Shown here one piece after another: positions 1 through 9,618 of a stretch of 64,000 nucleotides of DNA. Below the pieces are notes generated by a model. It made no database searches and was not told the origin of the DNA. It saw only the letters and a program-made list of their open reading frames with translations. Source of the DNA: Anaerococcus sp. GTDB taxonomy: Bacteria > Bacillota > Clostridia > Tissierellales > Peptoniphilaceae. The stretch's first letter is position 1; each line of letters starts with the position of its first letter. Both the position numbers and the translations under genes were made by a program. The DNA lies in contig JALEUV010000024.1 in NCBI GenBank assembly GCA_022780515.1, positions 16,793 through 80,792 on the forward strand. The letters run 5' to 3'.

Positions 1-967
1 TTCTATTTCTACAGTATCGAGAGTTATGAATAATTCAAAACCTGTAAGCCCTGAAGCAAGAAAAAAAGTTTTGGATGCCATTAACAAACTTCAATTTAAG
101 CCTAATGAGCTAGCAAGGTCTCTTGTAATGCGTAGGTCAAACCTAATTGGTGTTATAGTAGAAGATTTGGGTATAGAATATATGGCTCAATTGATTAGGG
201 GAGTTGAAGAAATTGGTAGGGTTTATAAATATGATATCCTCCTATCAAGCTCCTATGGTGATGATGAATCTCTTGAAAATGCCATTGACTTTTTGGCAAC
301 CAAACAAGTAGAAGGCTTAATTATAATTACCGAAAATATTTCAGCTGAAGTTTTAGTTAAACTAAGAAACAGAAGAATTCCATTTGTCTTATTAGACAAG
401 TACCATGACTACAATAATATTAAGACTGTAAAAATCGATTACAAGGAAGAAGAAAAGAAGCTTATTGAATTTCTAATAAATAAGGGTCATGATAACTTCT
501 TATACATCAACCATGATGAAAACAATATCTTAAACCAATCAATGTTGAAGGGCTTCCTGGAAGCAACAGAAGAAAATTCTAAGAAGGGTCTTGTAATCAA
601 CTGCCAAGGTGGAACTTCTGATGATGGTTACAGTATAGGCGATGAGGCTAAAAAAATCATCGAGAGCGAAGGAATTACTGCGGCAACCTGTGTAAATGAT
701 GAAGTAGCCATAGGATTTATAAATTATTGTGTAGACAATAATATCAAAGTTCCAGAAGATATTAGTATAGCAGGATTTGGTGGTAGCACTATTGCCAATA
801 TCTATAGGCCAAAACTTACAACTGTAGCAGTGCCTTACTATGATATAGGAGCTATAGCAATTAGGGCTTTGATTAAGAGGATCAAGGAAGAAGAAGATAT
901 CCTTGAGAATGATTGGATTATAGAGGGACAAATAGTTAGGAGAGAATCAACCAAGTCTTTATCTTAA
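1..967 (+). CDS. ccpA: LacI-family catabolite control protein A (5' end lies outside window)
   Basis: Frame open from nt 2 (SISTVSRVMN, the LacI HTH); PNELARSL and YDIGAIAIRAL motifs; next to ptsH/ptsI. Confidence 0.85.
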   Translation, partial: SISTVSRVMNNSKPVSPEARKKVLDAINKLQFKPNELARSLVMRRSNLIGVIVEDLGIEYMAQLIRGVEEIGRVYKYDILLSSSYGDDESLENAIDFLATKQVEGLIIITENISAEVLVKLRNRRIPFVLLDKYHDYNNIKTVKIDYKEEEKKLIEFLINKGHDNFLYINHDENNILNQSMLKGFLEATEENSKKGLVINCQGGTSDDGYSIGDEAKKIIESEGITAATCVNDEVAIGFINYCVDNNIKVPEDISIAGFGGSTIANIYRPKLTTVAVPYYDIGAIAIRALIKRIKEEEDILENDWIIEGQIVRRESTKSLS

Positions 968-1031
968 CTGTTGTTAAATGAGAAAAATATAGTAAAATAA
1001 AATTGTAAATATTAATAGGAGGCAGTCAATT

Positions 1032-1292
1032 ATGGCAGAAAGAAAAGTAGTAGTAACAAATGAAACAGGTCTACACGCTAGACCAGCAGCTTCATTAGTT
1101 CAATTTGTAAAAAATTATCCAGGTGAAGTTAAAATTATTAAAGAAGGAAAAGAAGCAAATGCTAAGTCAATCTTCAACGTAATGAGCCTTGGTATAGCCA
1201 AGGGAACAGAAATTACTATAGCAGTTGAAGGCGATGACGAAGATAAATTTGCCGATGAACTAGTAGATTTTATCAATAACTTATCTGAATAA
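1032..1292 (+). CDS. ptsH: Phosphocarrier protein HPr
   Basis: GLHARPAA (His15) and AKSIFNVM (Ser46); AGGAGG RBS. Confidence 0.97.
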   Translation: MAERKVVVTNETGLHARPAASLVQFVKNYPGEVKIIKEGKEANAKSIFNVMSLGIAKGTEITIAVEGDDEDKFADELVDFINNLSE

Positions 1293-1302
1293 TAATAGTA
1301 GG

Positions 1303-1334
1303 AAAAGGGACGCTAGTTTAGTGTCCTTTTTTTT
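1303..1334 (+). terminator. Intrinsic terminator/attenuator between ptsH and ptsI
   Basis: AAGGGACGCTA-GTT-TAGTGTCCTT hairpin followed by a T-run. Confidence 0.75.
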
Positions 1335-1351
1335 ATAAAGGAGTATTAATA

Positions 1352-3067
1352 ATGACTGAAAGATATGAAGGATTGAAGGCAAGCTCTGGGATAGCAATAG
1401 GTAATATTTACCTGTTTACAAGAGAAGAAATAGTTGTAGATAATACAAAAATAGAAGAAAACGCTGTAGAAAATGAGTTTCAAAGGGTAAAAGAGTCTAT
1501 CCAATCATATATAGATGATTTATCTAAACTTATGGGCCAAAGTGAAACCCAAGCAAACATTGCCTTAGCCCACACCGAATTACTACAAGATCCATATTTT
1601 ACAGATACTATCGAGTCTAAGATAACCAAGGATCTTAAAAATGCAGAACTTGCACTAGATGAAACTATCAAAGAAATGGTAGAAACAATGAGCCAAATAG
1701 ACGACGACTACCTAAGAGAGAGGGCATCTGACTATAAGGACATTGGCCTACAAGTTATGTATAAGCTAAAGGGCATCAAGGCCAAAGACCTATCTAACCT
1801 AGACGAGGGTTCTATAGTTATAGCAGAAGAGCTAACCCCTTCAGATACATCCAATATGAACAAGAAGGCAGTTGTTGGATTTGCTACAGACCTAGGTGGT
1901 AAGACTAGCCATACCTCAATCATAGCTCAAACCCTAGACCTACCTGCCCTAGTTGGAATGGGAAATATTTCTAAAAAAGTTAAGGGTGGAGAAGTTGCTA
2001 TAATCGATAGTAACGAAGGAGTCCTTATTCTAAACCCAACTGATGAAGAAATTGAAACTTATAAGAAGTTGATAAAAGAAGAAAAAGACCGTAAGGAAAG
2101 ACTAAAGACCCTTAAGGATAGCAAGGCTATAACTACAGATGGCAAGAAGATTGAAGTAAGTGCCAATATAGGAAATATAGAAGACCTTAAGATAGCTATC
2201 GAAAATGGGTGTGATGGAGTTGGACTATTTAGAACTGAGTTCTTGTATATGCAAAGCTCAGACTTCCCAACTGAAGACTACCAATTTGAAGTATATAAAG
2301 AAGCTACAGAACTTCTTGGAGATAAGCCACTTATAGTAAGAACCCTAGATATCGGTGGGGATAAGGGACTTGATTACTTTGATTTCCCTAAGGAAGATAA
2401 CCCATTCCTAGGATATAGGGCTATTAGACTTTGCCTAGATAAGATTTCTATGTTTAAGGACCAACTAAGGGCCTTAGTAAGGGCAAGTGCCTACGGAAAT
2501 TTAAAGATAATGGTACCATTTGTTATAAGCCCTAGTGAGCTAAAGAAGGTTCGTGAATTAGTTGAAGAGATTGAAAAAGACCTAGACGATAAGGGCATAG
2601 CTTATAATAAGGACCTTGATATAGGCATAATGGTTGAGACTCCAGCAGCAGTTCTTATGGCAGATAAGTTTATAAAATATGCTGACTTTTTCTCAATAGG
2701 TACCAACGACCTAACCCAATATACCTTGTCTGTAGATAGGGGAAATGACAACATAGCTAACCTATATTCTAACTATAACCCAGCAGTCCTAAGGGCTATC
2801 AAGCACGTAATTGATGTAAGTCATGAAGCTGGCAAGTGGACAGGCATGTGTGGAGCCTTTGCATCAGATACAGAAGCTACTAAACTCCTACTTGGCCTAG
2901 GCCTAGATGAATTCTCAGGATCAAGTGCCAAAATTGCAGAGATAAAAGATATAGTAATGAGATCTAGCAGCGAAGTCGAAGCAGAATTTGCCAACAAAGC
3001 CCTAGACCTAGAAGAAACTGATGAAGTAGAAAAATATGTAAGTGACTATAATGAACAAAACTTATGA
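1352..3067 (+). CDS. ptsI: PTS enzyme I (PEP-protein phosphotransferase)
   Basis: GGKTSHTSI phospho-His, GVGLFRTEFL, DFFSIGTNDLTQY. Confidence 0.98.
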   Translation: MTERYEGLKASSGIAIGNIYLFTREEIVVDNTKIEENAVENEFQRVKESIQSYIDDLSKLMGQSETQANIALAHTELLQDPYFTDTIESKITKDLKNAELALDETIKEMVETMSQIDDDYLRERASDYKDIGLQVMYKLKGIKAKDLSNLDEGSIVIAEELTPSDTSNMNKKAVVGFATDLGGKTSHTSIIAQTLDLPALVGMGNISKKVKGGEVAIIDSNEGVLILNPTDEEIETYKKLIKEEKDRKERLKTLKDSKAITTDGKKIEVSANIGNIEDLKIAIENGCDGVGLFRTEFLYMQSSDFPTEDYQFEVYKEATELLGDKPLIVRTLDIGGDKGLDYFDFPKEDNPFLGYRAIRLCLDKISMFKDQLRALVRASAYGNLKIMVPFVISPSELKKVRELVEEIEKDLDDKGIAYNKDLDIGIMVETPAAVLMADKFIKYADFFSIGTNDLTQYTLSVDRGNDNIANLYSNYNPAVLRAIKHVIDVSHEAGKWTGMCGAFASDTEATKLLLGLGLDEFSGSSAKIAEIKDIVMRSSSEVEAEFANKALDLEETDEVEKYVSDYNEQNL

Positions 3068-3944
3068 TTTCTTGAACCATATAGAAATTTTTAGTAAGGA
3101 AGGATCTATTAAGGATGTAGAAAAACTAGCTGATGATAAGCTAAAAATTACTACATCTGATGGCTTGGCCTACGCCCTATCACTCTACGATATAGATAGG
3201 CATGTGGATATCAGTTCAGAAAATTATATCCAAGAAAGACTTAGAGATATTGGTCTAGATAGTCTAAAGATTTATGAAGAGGGAATCTTACCGGATATAA
3301 AGAAGTGCTACAAGGTCTTCTCCTACAGGGATGAGCTTTCTCTAAGGGACTTTTTAACAAGTGCTAGTAGGGATGAAGCCTACAAGCTTGGTCATGATTT
3401 TGGAGAAATATTAAAAAAACTTCACCAAACTAGAAGCCACGATAGCATAGACTGGGAGAAGGACTTTTTAACCAAGACCAACTATCTATTTTATATGCAT
3501 GGACTTTCTGATAAGAAAAGAGATAAAGACTACATCATAATTGATCATATAAGGGATAATATCCACCTTACAAAATCGACCCCTATTAATTTACTCTACG
3601 GTAATATATCTGATAAGAATATCAGAGTTTATGGTGATAGTAACTTAGACCTTAGAGGTATCAAGGAGATCAAACTAGGTGATGGTATTTTTGATTTTGT
3701 TGATATAAATAGGATAGCCATCGATTTTCCTGACTTTGCCAAGGGGACCTTGGAGGGATATCTAGATGACGAGAAGCCAGGAAAGAAGTTCTTTAGGCTC
3801 CTTAGCCTATACCAGGCTTATGTTATTTTATATAGCAATATCTTGGGTTCTAATACTGAGTTTTATCTTGACCAAGCACAAAGAGATAGTATAAATAAGA
3901 TGTACGATAATTTTAATGAAATTGTACCATCTTGGGCTAAATAA
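3051..3944 (+). CDS. Aminoglycoside phosphotransferase/choline-kinase-like fold protein with degenerate catalytic motifs
   Basis: GEILKKLHQ, GD..FDF and P.FAKG...GY....P...FF.LL.LY resemble APH-family proteins; HGD loop reads YGN; start (3042 GTG or 3051 ATG) overlaps the ptsI stop. Confidence 0.6.
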   Translation: MNKTYDFLNHIEIFSKEGSIKDVEKLADDKLKITTSDGLAYALSLYDIDRHVDISSENYIQERLRDIGLDSLKIYEEGILPDIKKCYKVFSYRDELSLRDFLTSASRDEAYKLGHDFGEILKKLHQTRSHDSIDWEKDFLTKTNYLFYMHGLSDKKRDKDYIIIDHIRDNIHLTKSTPINLLYGNISDKNIRVYGDSNLDLRGIKEIKLGDGIFDFVDINRIAIDFPDFAKGTLEGYLDDEKPGKKFFRLLSLYQAYVILYSNILGSNTEFYLDQAQRDSINKMYDNFNEIVPSWAK

Positions 3945-3947
3945 GTA

Positions 3948-3988
3948 AGCTCTTGCCTGAAGCAAGTAAGTTTTGGGCAAGAGTTTTT
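3948..3988 (+). terminator. Intrinsic terminator
   Basis: GCTCTTGCCTGAAGC...GTTTTGGGCAAGAGT stem followed by T-run. Confidence 0.8.
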
Positions 3989-4060
3989 ATTTATTTAATG
4001 AAAACATTGAATATAAAGATATTATGTGATACTATTTTATTAGGTAAAAGGAGGATTGGT

Positions 4061-4897
4061 ATGAAAAAATATTTGTCAATTTTTCTGGGAACATTTTTAT
4101 TATCGGTTGGTTTGTACTTCTTTTTGATTCAACAGGATATAGCAGCTGGTGGAATTTCGGGACTTTCTCTAATTATATCCATTGCAGTACCTTGGCTTAG
4201 TCTTGGTATTATAAACCTCTGTTTGAACTTACTAGTAGCTGTATTGGGAATAATAGTACTAGGCTTTGATTTTGCCAAAAAATCTTTATTTGGCTCTCTT
4301 TCATTATCAGGCCTACTAATAGTTTTTGAAAATTTATTTCCTAATACAATTTTGACTCAAGACAAGACTGTTAGTTTGATCTTAGGTGGGATAATTATGA
4401 GCTTGGGTCTATCAATTATATTCTACCAAGGAGCTTCAACCGGTGGTACTGATGTAATTGCCTCAATACTAAAGAAGCTAACCAATCTTCCAATTCATAT
4501 AAGTATGTTTTTGGCAGATATTACAGTTGTATGCTTATCTGTTATAGTACTGGGGGTTGAAAATGCCCTATATGCAGGCCTTGCTATCCTTATTCAAAGT
4601 CTTGGTATAGATTACTTTATCCAAGGTTTTGGAAGAAAGATTGCAATTTATATTATTTCAGACAACTATATAGAAATAAATAAGATGTTAATAAATAAAT
4701 ATCAAAGAGGTGTTACCTTACTTGAAGCAGAAGGAGGATACTCATTTCAGGATAAGAAGGTCATAATGACTGTTACCCCTGTTAGAAATTATCCTAGTAT
4801 GGAGGCAGATATTTTAAAGATTGATGAAAATGCCTTTATCTTCAACTTCCAAGTTTCACAAGTTTTGGGTAGGGGCTTTACCTTTGATATAGAGTAG
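4061..4897 (+). CDS. YitT-family membrane protein
   Basis: IAAGGISG, GASTGGTDVIA, RGVT...GGYS and VLGRGF motifs; AGGAGG RBS favours ATG 4061 over the ORF-track start at 3953. Confidence 0.9.
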   Translation: MKKYLSIFLGTFLLSVGLYFFLIQQDIAAGGISGLSLIISIAVPWLSLGIINLCLNLLVAVLGIIVLGFDFAKKSLFGSLSLSGLLIVFENLFPNTILTQDKTVSLILGGIIMSLGLSIIFYQGASTGGTDVIASILKKLTNLPIHISMFLADITVVCLSVIVLGVENALYAGLAILIQSLGIDYFIQGFGRKIAIYIISDNYIEINKMLINKYQRGVTLLEAEGGYSFQDKKVIMTVTPVRNYPSMEADILKIDENAFIFNFQVSQVLGRGFTFDIE

Positions 4898-4906
4898 GAG
4901 AAAATT

Positions 4907-5719
4907 ATTAAAGACTTTACTATTAAACGAATTAGCAAAAACAAGGCATATCTAAAAACTAAGTTTGGAGATGCTGTTATAGACAAAAAAGAAATCAAGG
5001 GAAGAAATATTGGAGATAGGATTAAGGCCATTATATACCAGGATACAGGTCAGCTCATAAGGGCAAGCGCCAACTTTCCCTATGAGATTGGCAAAATTTA
5101 TTCCCTAAGGGCAACTTCTATTGATAAGAAGGGTGTCTTCTTTGAGATGGAGGATAAGAAGCATATCTTTATGCCTTTTTCTGAAAGAACTTATAGGGTA
5201 ATGGTAGATATGACCTATCCTATAACCTTTAAGGAAGATGGTGACGGCTATGTCTTTCTATCATCTAAGATTAGGTCTTTACTAGCTACTGACCATTCCT
5301 ATGAAGAAAATGACGAAGTATCCGGCAGGATATATTCTATAAATAAGTCTATCGGAGCCTTTGTGGCAGTTGATAATAAGTATGATAGCTTGCTAAGGAT
5401 TAAGGAATTGGGAGGAGTCCATGTCGAAGGAGAACTAGTCCATGCCAGGGTCAAAAATGTAAAAGCTGATGGGAAAATCGAGCTATCTCTTAGACAAAGA
5501 TCCTATTTAGAAATGGATAATGATTGCGATATAATCCTAGATAGTCTCTACGAAAATGATGGAGTCCTTAGACTATCAGATAAGTCAAAGCCAGAGACCA
5601 TATATAGGTATTTTGCTATAAGTAAGTCAGCCTTTAAGAGGGCTATAGGTAGGCTCTACAAGGATGGCTATATAAATATTTATGATGACAGAATTGAAAT
5701 GAAAGAAGGCAAAAAATGA
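4907..5719 (+). CDS. cvfB: CvfB-like S1 RNA-binding protein (probable non-canonical start)
   Basis: C-terminal SKSAFKRAIGRLYK winged helix and DGKIELSLR S1 motif; frame open from 4898, AGGAG at 4896-4900, ATT at 4904/4907; first ATG at 5147 would remove the N-terminal S1 repeat. Confidence 0.8.
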   Translation: MKDFTIKRISKNKAYLKTKFGDAVIDKKEIKGRNIGDRIKAIIYQDTGQLIRASANFPYEIGKIYSLRATSIDKKGVFFEMEDKKHIFMPFSERTYRVMVDMTYPITFKEDGDGYVFLSSKIRSLLATDHSYEENDEVSGRIYSINKSIGAFVAVDNKYDSLLRIKELGGVHVEGELVHARVKNVKADGKIELSLRQRSYLEMDNDCDIILDSLYENDGVLRLSDKSKPETIYRYFAISKSAFKRAIGRLYKDGYINIYDDRIEMKEGKK

Positions 5720-6459
5720 GCGAAGATAAAGTTATTGCAGAAGTAGAAGGCAAAAAAATTTATAAAAGTGATGTTTACAATGTCCTATCTGGAATTGAGA
5801 ACAACCAAAGTCTTCAAAGTGAAGAGGGCTTTAATGCCTTGGCAGATGAGATAGTTAACCAAGAAATTCTCTTAAACGATGCCTACAAGAATAAACTAGA
5901 CCAAGACGAAGAATTTACATCTGAGCTTGATAGGGTTAAAAATTCCATGCTGATAAACTATATCATGCACAAGATATTTGAAGGGGTCGAGGTTAGTGAG
6001 GAAGAAACTAAAAAATATTATGAAGACCACAAGGATACCTTGAACCCACCAACCCTCTATGAAGCAAGCCACATCTTGGTACACGACCTAGAAGAGGCTA
6101 AGTCAATCAAGGAAGAAATTGATAAGGGACTTGACTTCAAGGAAGCCGCTAAGAAGTATTCAATCGATCCATCAAAGGAAAACGGAGGAGACCTTGGCAA
6201 ATTCCCTAAGGGAGTTATGGTAAAAGAATTCCAAGATGGACTTGATTCAATAGAGATAGGTCAAGTATCAGAACCTGTTAAGTCCCAATTTGGTTACCAT
6301 ATAATTAAGCTTCACAATATAGAAAATGTAAAAGAATATAGCTATGATGAGATAAAAGACCAAGTTAAACAAAGACTAGTAATGGCAAAAAGACAAGAAG
6401 CCTACCTAGCTAAGGTAAAAAGAGCAAGCAAGGATGTTGACGTTAAGAAGTACTACTAG
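5716..6459 (+). CDS. Parvulin-type peptidyl-prolyl isomerase (cytoplasmic PrsA/PpiC-like)
   Basis: ASHILV, YSIDPSKENGGDLG, VSEPVKSQFGYHII; no signal peptide. Confidence 0.92.
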   Translation: MSEDKVIAEVEGKKIYKSDVYNVLSGIENNQSLQSEEGFNALADEIVNQEILLNDAYKNKLDQDEEFTSELDRVKNSMLINYIMHKIFEGVEVSEEETKKYYEDHKDTLNPPTLYEASHILVHDLEEAKSIKEEIDKGLDFKEAAKKYSIDPSKENGGDLGKFPKGVMVKEFQDGLDSIEIGQVSEPVKSQFGYHIIKLHNIENVKEYSYDEIKDQVKQRLVMAKRQEAYLAKVKRASKDVDVKKYY

Positions 6460-6467
6460 GAATAATT

Positions 6468-7844
6468 ATGGATTATATTAAACAAAGTAATAATCTAAAT
6501 TCTGATATAAATTGCCTTAAAAATTACAAGGGGAGTAGTCTGATCTTAGAAGATTTTCTAGCCTTTATAATTAAAAAAGCCAACGAAAGATCTTTGGAGA
6601 TTGTAAGGTCTGATTCCTTCCTTTACATAAAAAATGGTCATAGTCCCAAAGCCATCTTCCACATAAATATTGAGTACAACAATGAAAAAGAAGAATTCAA
6701 AATCTCAGATAATGAAAAAATATGTTTTGCTGGGATAGGTTCTTCCATAAACCTCGTAGGAAATCTCTTTGTAATCTACTACCTGCTCGCTAATTCTAGA
6801 GAAGATTTTGATGTCCTCATATCATCAATATCAATCCATGATGTCGATGGTAGGCCTAGAGATGAGCTTAAAGAGGTTATGAGGAGTGAAAATGTAATTA
6901 ACCTCAACCTAAAAAAGGGAGAAACCATAGCCTATGAATTTTCTGCCCTAAAACTCTTCCTAAATCAGGTAAGGGTAAAGAGATTTGTCCCAGACTACAA
7001 CTATCTATCTTATAGGATATCCTTGGGTGGACTAAGTGGAGGAGAGGCTGGTCATGAGATTGACAAGGTAAAGCTTAATTCTATCAAATTGATTTTAAGC
7101 ATCATTAGAAAGATTAAGGCTGTGGTTGACCTTGATGTAACATCTATTACAGGTGGATCTACCTATAGCTACATCCCATCAGAAGCCTATGTGGATTTTA
7201 TTATAAAAAGCGACTATGAAGGAGAAGTCGAGAAGGTCTTTGACCTAGTCAAAAATGAAATTATTGAGAAAAATCTCAAGTACGAACCTGATATGAAGAT
7301 ATATCTGGGTAAGTTAGAGAAGACAAAACTTATGCCTATCACAAATGAGTCCTTTAACCACCTGGCATCTTTTGTGGAATTAATTCCTAATGGATCGGTA
7401 TTTGTAAACTCCCTGGATGACCAGTTGGTTTCATCAAGTAACCTTGCATCAGTGAGCTCGCTTAAGAATTATGTCAATATGATTTTGGTTTTAAGGTCCT
7501 TATCAGAAGAGAGTATGAAGGCCATGGTTGAAAAAACTAGTCTTGCCTCACAAATTTCATCATCTATCCTAGTTGAGAAGTACTTTATCAAGAAGTGGTC
7601 CAATCCTGATAGTTATTTGAAAGATATATTTTTGAAATCTTATAGGGAGATTTTTGATAGGGATATGGGCCTTATCAAGACCCAAGATAGCCTATACGGT
7701 TCGATAATGTTTTCAGATTTACCAGTGAAAATAATCTCGCTTGGGGTAAAATATAAGAAAGGAGACAAGGCCTATACGGTAAGTTATGAAGATTTAATTA
7801 ATCTCATTGCCTTGCTAGAGAGGGCTTTGTATAATTTAAATTAA
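6468..7844 (+). CDS. PepD (M20C aminoacyl-histidine dipeptidase)-like protein with metal ligands apparently lost
   Basis: GLSGG.AG.EIDK..N.IK, ITGG...IP.EA and SSNL.SV match the PepD lid domain; HxD, D, EE and terminal H motifs missing. Confidence 0.65.
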   Translation: MDYIKQSNNLNSDINCLKNYKGSSLILEDFLAFIIKKANERSLEIVRSDSFLYIKNGHSPKAIFHINIEYNNEKEEFKISDNEKICFAGIGSSINLVGNLFVIYYLLANSREDFDVLISSISIHDVDGRPRDELKEVMRSENVINLNLKKGETIAYEFSALKLFLNQVRVKRFVPDYNYLSYRISLGGLSGGEAGHEIDKVKLNSIKLILSIIRKIKAVVDLDVTSITGGSTYSYIPSEAYVDFIIKSDYEGEVEKVFDLVKNEIIEKNLKYEPDMKIYLGKLEKTKLMPITNESFNHLASFVELIPNGSVFVNSLDDQLVSSSNLASVSSLKNYVNMILVLRSLSEESMKAMVEKTSLASQISSSILVEKYFIKKWSNPDSYLKDIFLKSYREIFDRDMGLIKTQDSLYGSIMFSDLPVKIISLGVKYKKGDKAYTVSYEDLINLIALLERALYNLN

Positions 7845-7857
7845 GTTAGGAGAACAA

Positions 7858-8214
7858 ATGACAGAAAAGTTTAATCTAGAAGGTCATGAAGTTGAATTTG
7901 GAAAAAATGAAGGCAAGGCCATAATTGAAATCGGTTTTGATGAAAATACCGACCAATGTTACCTAGTAGACATATTTACAGTCGATGAGACAGATTATGT
8001 AGCCTTACTTTCTGAAGATAGTGAACAAATTTACCTCTTCTATTACAAGGATGACTTTGATAATGATGAGGTGAATTTAGAATTTATACAAGATGAAGAA
8101 GAAATGAATGAGGTTTACCATCTATTTAGTCATTACTGGGATGAAGAAGCCCTTGATAATTTAGTTAGTGATTATGAAGCAGATATGGATAGTGATGATC
8201 CTATAGATGACTAA
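7858..8214 (+). CDS. DUF1292-like acidic protein
   Basis: FTVDETDYVALL pattern, very acidic. Confidence 0.6.
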   Translation: MTEKFNLEGHEVEFGKNEGKAIIEIGFDENTDQCYLVDIFTVDETDYVALLSEDSEQIYLFYYKDDFDNDEVNLEFIQDEEEMNEVYHLFSHYWDEEALDNLVSDYEADMDSDDPIDD

Positions 8215-9154
8215 GATCCCATATTATCCAGTTAGTGAGTATTATAAGGATACTTATAAGGAAAAGATATACAAACTTCCTATCAAACTATCCATTACTT
8301 GTCCCAATAGAGATGGACAAGCAGGATACGGGGGCTGTATTTTTTGTAGTGAATCAGGTGGGTCCTTTGAAAATTTGCCATCCTATATGACAGTTTCTGA
8401 CCAACTTGATGCAAATAGAGCCTACATAGGTAAAAGATATAAGGCAAAAAAATTTATAGCTTATTTTCAAAACTTTTCTAATACCTATATGTCCCTTGAT
8501 GACTTCAAGGAAGTAGTAAGGGCCTGTGATAAGGACTATATAGTAGGGATAGCTATTTCAACTAGGTCTGATTGCATAAGTACCGATAAGCTAGAATTCT
8601 TAAGGGACTTTAGAGATAAGACTGGTATAGATATTACTATAGAATTAGGACTTCAAACAGTGAATTATAGGACCCTAGATATTTTAAATAGGGGAGAATC
8701 TCTGGCAGATTTTATCTGGGCAGTAACAGAGATTAACAAGTATGATTTTAGGGTATGCGCCCATCTTATCTTATCCCTACCTTGGGATGATCAGAGAGAT
8801 ATAATAGAGTCTGCTAGAATCCTAAATGCCCTAGGGGTTAAGGAAGTCAAACTTCACTCCTTGTATGTAGTGAAGGGTACTAAACTTGCAGATATGTATG
8901 CCGATAATGAAGTTCAGATGATAAGCAAAAGAGAATATCAAAAGAACGTAATAACGTTTTTAAGATATATAGATGAAGATACTGCCATAGCAAGGCTTGT
9001 AGGCAGGGCACCAGAGGACGAAACTATATTTTGTAACTGGGATTCATCTTGGTGGTCTATCCGTGATGAGATAATATCCTTCATGGATGATCACCAAATT
9101 AAACAAGGTGATAAGAGTGAAAGAAAAATTTTTGATAAAATAAAGGGGGAATAA
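8207..9154 (+). CDS. TIGR01212 (YhcC/YtqA) radical SAM protein
   Basis: TCPNRDG...GGCIFC, YFQNFSNTY, ELGLQT. Confidence 0.93.
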   Translation: MTKIPYYPVSEYYKDTYKEKIYKLPIKLSITCPNRDGQAGYGGCIFCSESGGSFENLPSYMTVSDQLDANRAYIGKRYKAKKFIAYFQNFSNTYMSLDDFKEVVRACDKDYIVGIAISTRSDCISTDKLEFLRDFRDKTGIDITIELGLQTVNYRTLDILNRGESLADFIWAVTEINKYDFRVCAHLILSLPWDDQRDIIESARILNALGVKEVKLHSLYVVKGTKLADMYADNEVQMISKREYQKNVITFLRYIDEDTAIARLVGRAPEDETIFCNWDSSWWSIRDEIISFMDDHQIKQGDKSERKIFDKIKGE

Positions 9155-9156
9155 AA

Positions 9157-9585
9157 ATGATTTATTTAGTAGTTGGAGAACAAGGTGTTGGTAAGACAAA
9201 ATATTTAGTAGATGATGCTAACAAGGAAAAAGAAAAGGGAAATAACAATATAGTTTTCATCGATACAGATGATGATCAAATAAGCACACTTGATCATAAG
9301 ATTAGACTTATCAATGCAGCAAGCTACAAGGTTCACAGTGTAGATGGCCTTCTAGGATTTGTTGGAGGAATTCTAGCTCGTGACTATGATATAGGAAAGA
9401 TTTACATCGATGGAATTTATGATGTAGTAGATGTAAACTCTGATAATATTGAAGAAATTACTCAAAGGCTAAACAATTTATCTGAGTACTCAAAATCAGA
9501 TATTTACCTAGGACTAGATTGGGAGATGGCAGAGGTTCCAGACTCACTAGATGCTGAAATCATTGAGCTTAAACTAGAAAATTAG
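9157..9585 (+). CDS. Small P-loop protein conserved in Clostridia
   Basis: GEQGVGKT Walker A; G..G....DYDI..IYIDG. Confidence 0.7.
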   Translation: MIYLVVGEQGVGKTKYLVDDANKEKEKGNNNIVFIDTDDDQISTLDHKIRLINAASYKVHSVDGLLGFVGGILARDYDIGKIYIDGIYDVVDVNSDNIEEITQRLNNLSEYSKSDIYLGLDWEMAEVPDSLDAEIIELKLEN

Positions 9586-9589
9586 TTAC

Positions 9590-9616
9590 GACCGTCTCAG
9601 TTGAGGCGGTTTTTTG
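9590..9616 (+). terminator. Intrinsic terminator
   Basis: GACCGTCTC-AGTT-GAGGCGGTT followed by T-run. Confidence 0.8.
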
Positions 9617-9618
9617 TT

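Noticed and set aside
3953-4060. Upstream-extended starts in the ORF track (3953, 9601, 34324, 40218, 47889, 56541)
   Set aside because: They begin inside terminators, RBSs or upstream genes; downstream ATGs fit the RBS or protein family better.
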